From: Callorhinchus milii
Lineage: Eukaryota
Direction: 5' to 3'
NCBI RefSeq assembly: GCF_018977255.1
Contig: NW_024704757.1
Coordinates: 14,942,001 to 15,006,000 of the forward strand
Length of the DNA stretch: 64,000 nucleotides
Under the pieces are notes generated by a model that had not been told where the DNA came from, made no database searches, and saw only the letters and a list, made by a program, of their open reading frames with translations. Below are positions 53,870-64,000 of the stretch, piece after piece (position 1 is the first letter of the stretch; each line of letters opens with the position of its first letter). The position numbers and the translations under genes were made by a program.

Positions 53870-54708
53870 ATGTGAACGAGACTGAGGCCCTCCTGATTGG
53901 CTCACGCCAGCGCCTCCGCACCTCAGGCTCTGGCAGCATCAACCTCCATGGTTGCACACGACAACTGACCAAGCCAGTCAGGAACCTGGGTGTCTTGTTC
54001 GACCCTCAACTTCTTTTCTCCCCCCCATCCAAGCCATGACCCGCTCTGCCCTCCCTCACCTCCGTAACATCGCCCGACTCCACCACTACCTCACCCCTCA
54101 GGCCACTGAAACTCTTGTTCATGTTTTCATCACCTCCAGGCTCGACTGAGCAAACTCCCTGGTTGTCGGCCTTCCCAACTCCTCCCTCCACAGGCTGCAG
54201 ATAATCCAGAACTCTGCAGCCCGTGTCCTCTCCGCACCAAACTCCATGACCCCCTCTCCCCCACTCTCGCCCGACTCCATTGGCTCCCTATCCTTCAGAG
54301 GATCCAGTTCAAGATCCTGGTCCTCACATACAAAGCCCTCCATGGTCTCGCCCACACTACCTCTGCGACCTCCTAACCCCCAACCAACCCACCCGCTCCC
54401 TCTGCTCAGCCGGCTCTGGCTGCTCCATGTCCCCCGACCCACCCGTCCATCATTGGCAGGAAAACCTTCAGCCACTCTGCTCCCAACCTCTGGAATTCCA
54501 TCCCCCAGTCACTCCGCCTCGCCCCCTCCTTTGCCTCCTTCAAGTCCCACCTCAAGACCCTCCTCCTCGACCATGCCATCGGCCCCCTCCCTTCCCTTCT
54601 ACCCCCTGACCCCAGCTTGGGTCTGAAATGCTGTACTCTGTCCAGCGCTTTGGGACATCCTCCCGACGTGAAACGTGCTATACACATGTAATCTTGTGTT
54701 GTTGTTGG
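53870..54708 (+). mobile_element. 5'-truncated, decayed L2 LINE (ORF2 C-terminus, 3' UTR, tail)
   Basis: TEALLIG...VRNLGVLFD...LRNIARL...LVHVFITSRLD*...IQNSAARVL...LHWLP...FKILVLTYKALHGLAP.YL.DLL, with a stop and frameshifts; (TTG)n tail. Confidence 0.93.
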
Positions 54709-54889
54709 TGAAGAAAGGGAAGAGATTAATGAGGCAATTAACCTCACAGCTGGTGCCTTAATTGTAATCATTGTTGCAAGAACTTCCAGGCCACTGAACC
54801 TTATTGGAACACTTGGCAGGCTTTCCGAGCCAACACAAGAGGTCAGTTATTCACCATGGCGTTGGCAGCCATTGCAATCACCTTACTGA

Positions 54890-55100
54890 CCACAAGAACT
54901 TGCATTGATACAGCGCCCCTCACGCAGAGTAGGGTCCCAGAGCGCTGGACAGAGGCGGAGCACGACACCGAGCTGGGGGTGGGGGGGCTGATGGGGGGGC
55001 GGTGACCGTACACACGGTCAAAGAGGAAAGTCTTCGGACCTGACCTGAAGCCGGGGAAGGAAGGATAGAGGAAGAGTGTTCCAGAATTTCGGGGCGTACC
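54890..55100 (-). mobile_element. L2 3' fragment
   Basis: Reverse-complement L2 tail and FRSGPKTFLFD remnant. Confidence 0.7.
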
Positions 55101-55959
55101 GATCAAGCCGTTCTGCAAGTCCTCTTGTGTGGCAAACGTGTTTTAAATGTTTTGCGCGATCAAATGTCAAAGCCCGATAAAGAGATCACTTTCTGCTGAT
55201 TTCTCTCAACTTTCCCGTTCTCTGTTCTCTTTTCTTGTTCGGTTGGTTTTATTTCTGGCATCTCCTTTCAGTAGCTCTCCTTCCCTCTATTGGCCAAGAG
55301 AGGAGCAGCCTCGGTGCAATGTCAAATGATTCGTTGCCATAAAATCAGATTATCCTCTTTTTCCCCCACTTTTAAACGGATAATAAGCCTGGCATTTGAT
55401 CCAGCGCCTTGTCATGTCTTCGAGACGTCTCAAAGCGCTTCGCTGGTTATACGGTAAAGTGAATCGACTGTGTAATTTGTGGGCGAAACGCGGCAGCCAA
55501 TCGCGCACAGCCAGGATTATTATTATTAAATCAAACGAAAGGATTATTATTGTTATTATTATTATTATTATTGCATTGACGCACCATGCAATTGGTTTGC
55601 TTTAGAGAGGGCATAAATGTTGGAGAGTTTTTTTAAATAAGGGGTTAAAAACCCAATAGACCCAGTTCATTGGATGTATATGCAGTATAATTTATTGACC
55701 CCCTTGCACTGCCGGAACCAAAGCTACCAGTGTGACAGAAATTCAGAATTAGAAACCAGATACTTAACTTACTCCAGATCACTCTCACTGGAAATGAGGA
55801 AACTGTCCTGGAACTTTTAAACCAAATTCCTCATCAGGTTTAAAAATTCAGTGGACTTGGCTACGCAATAGATGGATTTATTTCAGCTCAGTTCTCACTT
55901 ACACTTCACCCTGTGGAATGATTTGGTCCCGAAATACCTTTTGGAGTTGGGGTTCAAAA

Positions 55960-56490
55960 CGGAATTGATGTCGGAGATGCTTTTCCTTCGGATGAGACGT
56001 TAAAGTGAGGTCCCTCTCGGTGTTGGTTGAGATGGACGTTAAAGGTCCCACGGAGGCTAATCAGAAAGAGAACAGAGTTTCTTTCTCCTGGTGTCCTGGC
56101 CACCAATCCTCCGGATAAAATTGGTCTCTCACTTCACGGCTGTTTGCGGTCTATTGTTATGTGCTAATTGCCCAGAGAGTTCACCTACAAAATGCACAGT
56201 CACTACTCTTTACAGAAACGTTGTGAAGCAACTTGAGAGGTTCTGAATGATTTGGGGCGCTGTATCAAAGGCAAAGGTTATTGTAATTATTGTTATTGTT
56301 AGGAATCCCTTGCTGTTTGGTGCCTTTTATTGCCGCTGTTGCGCAATTGACTGCTGCGTTTCACCCACAAGACACACAGTCAATCCACTTTACATTATAT
56401 TCCGCGAAGCGCAAATTGAGACGTTTCAACGACGTGATAAGGCGCTATATCAAATGGAAGCATTATTATTACTATTGTTGTTATTATTGT
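55960..56490 (+). mobile_element. DeuSINE fragment followed by a SINE 3' half
   Basis: tcggatgagacgttaaagtgagg...ctcctggtgtcctggcca core, then a second family tail. Confidence 0.8.
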
Positions 56491-56862
56491 ATTGGGACGT
56501 TCCGTTGATCTTTCGAGTGACTTTGACCTTTAATGTGGTCGGTTTGTTATTTGGATAGATCTCATCTTTCTGAACATTTAACCAGGAAACTTTTGGAAAG
56601 TTTTTCTTCCCCAAGCAACGGGATTATTAAGGTAACCTGAGACGTGCAGGATTGGCTGAAAATTTTGAGCTTCCCCCTTTCCCCTCCCTCTCCCTCCCTC
56701 CCTCCCTCCCCTCCTGCTCACGTCTGGTGGAAGGAGTCAAATATCCTGAAATCTTTGGCAGAATAAGGATTCCTTTCACTGTGGCTAAAGAGGAGCCTTG
56801 TGGAGCAAAGACCCCATGTTGTGGGGCTTTGCAACTTAGCCCTCATCGAGGAGACCGACACA

Positions 56863-59800
56863 ATGATAAGTTTGCAAGGAGTTGTCTTTCTGTGCATTGT
56901 TGCAGGCACGTTAGCAGGTAAGTACTAACATTTATATATAATATATATATACATATACATGTGTGTGTGTATGCAGATCCAGATCATGCTGATTAATTAG
57001 TAATTTGCCCACAAATCAATTCAGTAGCAATACTGAATTATCTCCGGAATTTCAAGAGTCATTTATTGAACAGCAAACAAAAAAGCCCATCACAGTTAAG
57101 TCAACTGGATTCAGATGCTTTACTTGCAGTGAGTTTGCGTGCAAAAGCCATGCAACGATAGACCGCTCGTATTCCGTGTGTAAAAGTTGTTTCCTGCGTG
57201 AAAAAGAGAGTCGCTACATCATTTGAGTCTACTGTTAGAGGCGATTTGTACCCCATTCTCTCCTCCTCCCCCCATGTGTTTAATGCATCTGGGATTAAAC
57301 AGATCTGCACATTGGGGATCAACTGGGACAGAGAGAGAGAGGAGGGAGGGAGGGAGAGAGAGAGGTGGTGGAGCGCATCTGGGAGTGAAATTGGGAGGAC
57401 AAATCTCTGTGCTTAATTTCTTGCGAATGTTTGCGTAAAATTGCGAATCCTGTGCTGGAAACTCTACAGTGTGAATCAGATTGAATTGCTGCAGCTGAGG
57501 CTGTTTTTTTTTTTTTGCCTCGTACTGTACGTTGGAGATGTGTCTGAGACTGACATTACTGCTTTGTCCATGCTGCAAGCAGCTGCCTAACCCCAGAGGA
57601 AGTGAGCAGCTAATTCATCATTCACTTTATTTATTAACCTATTAATTTCCAGTGGACACTGATCTAAGCTTTTCCTGGCCTCTTTGATTGCTTTAATTAT
57701 ACCAAGTGGCTTTTTACTACTACTACTAATAATAATAATAACAACAACAATCCTAATCCTTGCATTTGATGTAGCGCCTTATCACATCGTCGAGACGTCT
57801 CAAATCGCTTCACACGCTACGCCGTTAAATGGATTTAACCGTGTATTTTGTGGGTGAAACGCAGTAGCCAGTCGCGCAATGCAGGTGGATGTTAAAGAGT
57901 TGAGTGACACGTCGTGGAGGACAGTATCCCCCGAGGGCTTGAAAGTGATGGGGTGGAGGGGAGGGGAGAAAAATTATTGGCTGGGTTGAAGAGACGTTCA
58001 GGCAGGAATGAAAAAAAGGTGAGATAGAGATGGGAGGCGGGTGGGAAGGTGAGAGATCGCTCTTTCACGCGATATTTGTTATCAGCCTGTTCTACGATCG
58101 ATCAGAAAAAAAGAATTTTCCAGTTTAGGAAGGTTGTTGGTCGGTGAAGAGCTAATCGGTGATTTCTCTCCACATCTCCTTCTTTCTCTCCAGGTCACGC
58201 AACGAAGTCCCAGCCGAAGACTGTTTCGTGCGCGAGAGCTTGCACAGGTAAGCATCCTGACGGGGAAATCACAAGCTGGATCAAAAAACGACGCTCCTTT
58301 CACAGCTGGGTCTGGATTTGCCCTGTTTGTACACCATTTTTAATGGGAGTCAGTCCTGTAGCTCAGTGGTTAGAGCGCTCGCCTCACAAGCGAGAGGGTT
58401 CGATTCCCAGGCAGGGCGAAATGTCAGGTAAGTTTCCTTACTCCACACGTGCTCCTCCGTTTACCTAGCAGTAGCTAGGAACCCAGTTGTTAGTTGATTG
58501 GCTTTCCAGGGGTAAATCAAACACGGGTCCTCTCGTAAACGTTACTACAAATGTAAAATGTATTTTGTTTAAAACTGCTTCACTGTTGAAGATCTTCAAT
58601 GTGATGCTTTACCTTCTCCCGCTGTTGCTTCTTGTAGCCTGGGATCCTGCGCTGTCTTTAACAATACATTCCTCCCCGACCTGAAAGGCACTCAACGCCG
58701 AATCCAAGGATCATTAAAGATGAGATTCTTACGATGTGTTGTTTTCCCGCTTAGGTACCAATCGACTGAATTACCAGAAAGGTTTCAGATACACCTACAA
58801 GTACACGGCTGCTACAAACACCTTCTTGCAAGGCCAAGCCTATGAGAGCAGCGGACTGGCAGTCGAAAGTTTAGTGAAAGTTGACGTTCTTGACAAGTGT
58901 CAGATGGTCTTATCGGTAATGCCCTCCTCTCCTTGCCTTTTCTTTCACCTTCCTTATTAGTGTCTTGACCATCAGTCAGGAGCTTTTTCTTGGTGAAGTT
59001 TCCTTCAATGCAGCGTAGGCAGGCGGTGGAGAGTTTGACCAGGCACGACTACAGAATGTAAAGCAACAGCGATTAAAGACATAGAGCAACAGCAGCTGTC
59101 TGTAGCAGGGAAACAGAGTCATAGAATATTACAGCACTGAAGGAGGCCATTCAGCCCATCGTGCCTGTGCCAGCTCTTTGGAAGAGTTATCCAACTAGTC
59201 CCACTCCCCTACTCTTACCCCCGTAGCCCTGCAAAGTTTTGCTTTTTAAGTACCTATCCAATTCCCTTTTGAAAGCTACTACCTGTTGACTGGATTGTAG
59301 GAATTCACAGTGTGGCGGCGCGGCGTGAGCCTAAGCTACCGATTTAACACTGGAAAGTTTGACGTCTTGCATGGCAACCCCAAAAACTGAACGGAGGGTT
59401 CCTTATGCAGAAGCCTCTGTTCACAGCGTGCTGACACTGTTCTTTCCTGGTTTTGCTCTCGGATTTGCCTGTCACGCGTTGGTGTTTTTATTGCCAAGAA
59501 ACCTTGACCGTCTTTCCAAATGTCTAGTTTGGAAAACTGAAGGACAACATTAGCAGGAAGTGGCATCCCTAATAACAATGAACAATCCCTTCATATAATA
59601 ATAATTTGGTCTCTCAATCCACGGATGTTTGCGGGGACGCTGCTGTGTGCAATTGGCTGCCGCGTTTCGCCCACAAAATATACAGTCAATTCACTTTACA
59701 GCGTATCCTGTGAAGTGCTTTGGAACGTCTCAAAGACGTGATAAGGCGCTGTATCAAATGCGAGGATTATTATCCACTGTAGGTTGTTTCATCATTCTGA

Positions 59801-59944
59801 ATTGGGATGAAGTTCACCCCAAAATGAAGATTAGCCTTGACTTTAATTATTGAATCTCAATTCGCTCTTTCAGCTCAGGAATGTGCAGATTAAAGGAACA
59901 ACGTCAAACAAGGAGGAAATTCTCCAAGATCAGGAAAATCTAAG
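56863..59944 (+). CDS. 5' part of a secreted large lipid transfer protein (vitellogenin/ApoB/apolipophorin N-terminal domain; LOC400499-like); 3' partial
   Basis: Signal-peptide exon 56863-56917 (MISLQGVVFLCIVAGTLA, CAG/GTAAGT), 58194-58247 (HATKSQPKTVSCARACT), 58755-58915 (TNRLNYQKGFRYTYKYTAATNTFLQG...SSGLAVESLVKVDVLDKCQMVLS), 59874-59944 (LRNVQIK...). Phases 1/1/0/2 are consistent. The YxxGxxYxYxY...C-x-M-x-L pattern is typical of the Vitellogenin_N beta sheet. Confidence 0.8.
57715..57880 (-). mobile_element. SINE 3' fragment
   Basis: Reverse-complement tail and core. Confidence 0.75.
58347..58515 (+). mobile_element. SINE 5' half (tRNA head)
   Basis: gtcctgtagctcagtggttagagcgctcgcctcacaagcgag...gttcgattccc. 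Confidence 0.85.
59118..59285 (-). mobile_element. CR1 3' end
   Basis: Same family as 18097-18470. Confidence 0.8.
59575..59772 (+). mobile_element. SINE 3' half
   Basis: Family core and tail. Confidence 0.85.
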
Positions 59945-61689
59945 GTACGCTGCTCAACCAGTGACGAGACACCCAGACTATTTGATTGAGGAAAGCATTC
60001 AAATTCAAGGAATGGTCTTAACCTTTAACTGGCTGCTGATTACTGCGAGGAAAATAAATTAATGCTGGTTTTATTTAGTAGGTTAAAGGCCAAGATAACA
60101 GTTCTTTGTATCACCTCCATTTTACCTCACAAATGTAGATGAATCCGTTGATTAATTGAATCTATTAATTTATTAATTCGTTAATGTATCATAACCGCCT
60201 TTCAGACCAAATGCCCTCCACGCAGATGAAATTACCCTCACAGCTTAATGGCCGAAACACTTAATACTCTCCGGTTGTGCGATGAAGAGCGTGAGTCCAA
60301 AATGCCACCTGGTCTTCGCCTATAAGACCATTTTTTTTTTGGCTTAAACTGTGGAAAACGTCTTAAACATCATTTGGGATTCTGAAGCTGCTTCTTTTAA
60401 AAGAGCCGAGATTTAAGTAAAAGTTTGCCACACTTCCGTTGGATGTTAAATTTCGAGACAAAATGTTCTTACGAGGCTAAGGCTAAGGCTAGGTAGAATT
60501 TTTGGGGGGCCTTCTGTTCCTTTCGACTCTTCAAAGTTCCAGTTGGTTCGTGCCCCTAAGTCTCTCGTAGATGACTGGCCCCGTGCACGTCGGACGTCTG
60601 TGTCTGACGTGTGTTATTGGGACGTCAACGCTTTCGGACGTGAAACAGCGCTACACAAATGTAATTTGTTGTTGTTGTTATGTCATTTAGTAACTGAAGC
60701 GACACAGGCCCTGATTCTACAGTATATTTGCTATAACAGCAACGTCATTTGCAGGAGCATCTCTCGCTGCCAGTAAGCGTAATGCTTTACATTTCCTGGC
60801 TAGACAAACTCTACCGGACTTAATTAGAACAGAAAGTGGAGGGCTGCCTCACAGCCCGGGGGCAAGGCGTTGGACCTCACCATTGATATCAACCGTCCAC
60901 AATAGCCGACCGCTACAAGTCGGTCAACCTTGCAGCTGACTTGTCTTTATTTATGACGTTCCCAGTTCTCCTTAAGTATTTGCACAGCTTTTAATTTCTC
61001 AAAAGCCAACAGTGGCCCAAACCACCCTGTGCCGAGTAAGCCAGGAAGCTCTTGTATTTTTTGGGGGTAAAAGTCTGCCAAACCCAGTTACATCATTGCA
61101 ATCCGCTTGTAACTTTGCTGTGGATGAGCCAAATAATTGGTATTGTGGATTGAAGCCCTTGTGCATGGTTTAACCCTCAGTTGTTGGTTCCTTGAGTGTT
61201 CTGCTCATTCTCTGTCACTTTCGACCTCCCTGTGCACTGGAGCACAAGGTGGATATTCGTTCCGTATTATTTTTGCCTGGTTTCTAGCCCGAGATGTGCA
61301 AATAATTAGGGTTAAGAAACGGCAAGTCCACTGAATCACGAGGTTTTAAGGCTCCCCTTTGAGCCTGCTAGCGTCCCAAACCCAGGGGTGAAATTCCACC
61401 TGGGTCTAGATTTACTCTAGTGAGTTTGCCCACAAAATACACAGTCAGTACGTTTTACAGTTAGTCCTTTTAAAGCGCTTTGAGACATCCCGGTGATGTG
61501 ATGAGGTGCTACGGCAAATTCAAGGATTATTGTTATTATACTAATGTAGCATTTCAGAGTGCACGGAATTTGGCCAATTGTTCAACTTGGAAACTTAGAA
61601 AACTGGCTTTAAAATTAAAGACCGTGAAGAAACACTACGTTAATAAAGTAAATCTAGACATTTGCGTGAAGTTTGGAACTTCCTCCCGG

Positions 61690-61900
61690 ACGGAGTCCCT
61701 TTGCTTCGTCCCCTCCTTCGCCTCTTTCAAGGTCTGTCTCGAAACCTTCCTCTTTGATCGCACCTTCAGTCATCTACCCCCACCCCATCCCTCCCAAATC
61801 CAAACCCCCAGCTCAGGTGCAAACACTCGCCTTGGAACATCCTCCTGACATGAAAGGCACAATATAACTGCAATTTGTTCTTGCTATTGTTGTTGTTGTT
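61690..61900 (+). mobile_element. L2 3' fragment
   Basis: SFASFKVCLETFLFD remnant, tail cttggaacatcctcctgacatgaaaggc, (TTG)n. Confidence 0.75.
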
Positions 61901-64000
61901 CTATGGCGTGAATATTTCCATCAAAAGCACTCTCTATCCAACTGGTAATGTTACCCACCATAAGAATTTTTTACTTATAAAATCAGTAAGCACGCCTTAT
62001 GGCTCCGTGTACTGTGTTCCTCCTCCTGTGCTGTAAAGATTCAGTGAAAATTCTTAGCCCCGTCCTCACACGTCCTCACTCTTGCCCACAAATACGATGC
62101 ACAGTGCATTGGAAGTGGATTCAAGCAAAGATTGTTAGCTCTTGTTCCCACACAGTCTCAGACGTGGAAGCTCCTTCCAATTAACTTCCCAGACCATATC
62201 GTCATTATCATTCATTACTCATCGCGGGGGCAGGAATATTCAAACAAAACAGCCATGACGGGCTTCAAATGTTAAGGTCGATAGTAAACCATTGGATTAT
62301 AATGTTTGTTACCGTATGTGTTTCTCAAGAGACCGGGACGTCTCATTGCGGTCGATCTCGCGCTGATTGTGCAGAGATAGTGATCTTAATGCTGTGGCTT
62401 TATCTTTGGGGGAAAATCTCCTGACAAACACAGTGGAAAGATCACTAAGCTGTCAGCTTCAGATAAACACTGCTCAGCGATCTACTGCAGAACCCTCTAA
62501 TGCTATTGGGGAGCACAATTGCGGCTTTTTTGGGGTACTTTCTGGCTCGTGTTAGCATTCAGAATAATGAAAGCACCGGGTCTGGTGAGAATCTGCAGCA
62601 AAGCCTGTCTCCAGGGAACCCAACCTCTCGGGCTCTGTCTGTCTGTCACTCACATCCATTCTCTGTGTCTGTTTCTCTCTGTAATTCCATCCCACGGAAG
62701 CTCCCGACTCAGACCCTCATTGACACGGGTTCAATGGATCGCTGCTGCCATTGTCCTGCGAGTGACCGAAACAAAGGCCGTGTTGCACACCATCACAACA
62801 AGCCACTCGGGTTTTTACGGCCCCCTTTCACGTAGAAGAATGTCGCAACAGACCCGGTGGACGTTGAGCAAGACCGCCTCTACAATCCGCGCGCGCGGAC
62901 TTTAACCCCGTCCTTGCCACTACTCCAGAGCCGCAGGTTGTCGCTTAGATAAGGGCTTTGAGACGTCTCGAAGGCGCGATAAGGCGCTAAATCAAATGCA
63001 AGGATGATGACGATTATTATTATCAAATAACCAGAAATCGGACTTCACGCCTTCAGTTTGTACGTAGTTTCACGTCCATTGAATTCCTACCGTTCCTTTG
63101 CACAATCTCCCCCCCCACCCCCCGGTTAAGAGTGCAAACCAGATTACCAGTTTGCAGCCTTCAGCCTTGCCCTGTCCATCAAGTCAGCAGCAAACACAGT
63201 GAGCGGAGCGACTGGCATTCCCATCTGTGTAGATTATGGAAAGCCACTGCTGTTTGTTTAGTCGAGGAGCGGAGAGGAATATAAATGACTCCCCGACTAA
63301 ACAATACGGAGCTCTTTTTTGGGGGAATCAGCTTTGTATTGCTCGGGCTGTGTTTTTTTGTTTAGAGGGAACTTGGAATTCTTTTGCCCTAGTAGCCAGC
63401 GAGCCTGCGGCGTTCATTCAGGGATCGACTGGCTTGTGTGAAAAGGAACTGGATTCTTTCTTAATCAAAAATAATGGCTCGACAAACATCGCCACAGAGG
63501 CTGTGACCGTTCACTCTCTTCCACACTCCGATGGTTCCCCTCGCGGTTCTCTATTCCGCAGGCTCTATGTTTCTGGGATCAGACAGTCACTCTGATGAGG
63601 TGATAGATCAGTCCATGCGTTCGCACGCGTCCAAAGTCAGTGAAGTGAATCGATGTGAAAAATAAATACATCTTTTGCCAGAGTAGACTTGATTCAGTTT
63701 TTCGAACGGGATCTAGTTTGGGACATGATAACCACACAACTTGCAATCATATCGCCTTCACACGGGGTAGAGTCTCGGAGCGCTTGATAGTGGCCAGTTG
63801 AATATACATTTTTCGGCTTTTTTTTTTGTTTAGCGACTCGTCGATTTGCCATAGAACGTGCTCCAATGTGGGCCGCATTTCCCGACAAAATACACAGTCA
63901 CCACACTTTTAAAATCCCGCGAAGTGCTTTGAGACGTCCTTCCGGCGCAAGAGGACCTCGTATCAAATGAAACGGGAAAATAAAATAACCTTAGCCCCGG

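Noticed and set aside
60000-64000. Further exons of the lipid transfer gene
   Set aside because: No phase-2 exon with convincing family-like sequence found; probably a long intron.

Overview
Vertebrate (eukaryotic) genomic DNA, most likely a cartilaginous fish such as a chimaera (Callorhinchus-like). This is inferred from the dense tRNA/Deu-domain SINE, L2 and CR1 repeats. The ORF track is mostly noise because the genes are spliced. Manual exon reconstruction gives six genes: a C16orf96-like DUF4795 gene (minus, 10.7-27.4 kb, apparent GC-AG first intron) head-to-head with CDIP1 (plus, 34.7-37.9 kb); POLR3K (minus) head-to-head with SNRNP25 (plus) across an ETS/GABP-site array; a second, small LITAF-domain gene (plus, 51.5-52.6 kb) whose first coding exon is out of frame at its strongest splice donor; and the first four exons of a secreted vitellogenin/ApoB/apolipophorin-type large lipid transfer protein gene (plus, from 56.9 kb, apparently continuing beyond the window; probable orthologue of human LOC400499). 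These pairs lie megabases apart on human 16p13 but are contiguous here. No gene could be recognised in the first 10 kb. The most notable oddities are the LITAF frame problem, the little-studied lipid transfer gene, a TSD-flanked chimeric retro-insertion that copies nearby intron sequence, and SINE heads that still fold as full tRNA cloverleaves.
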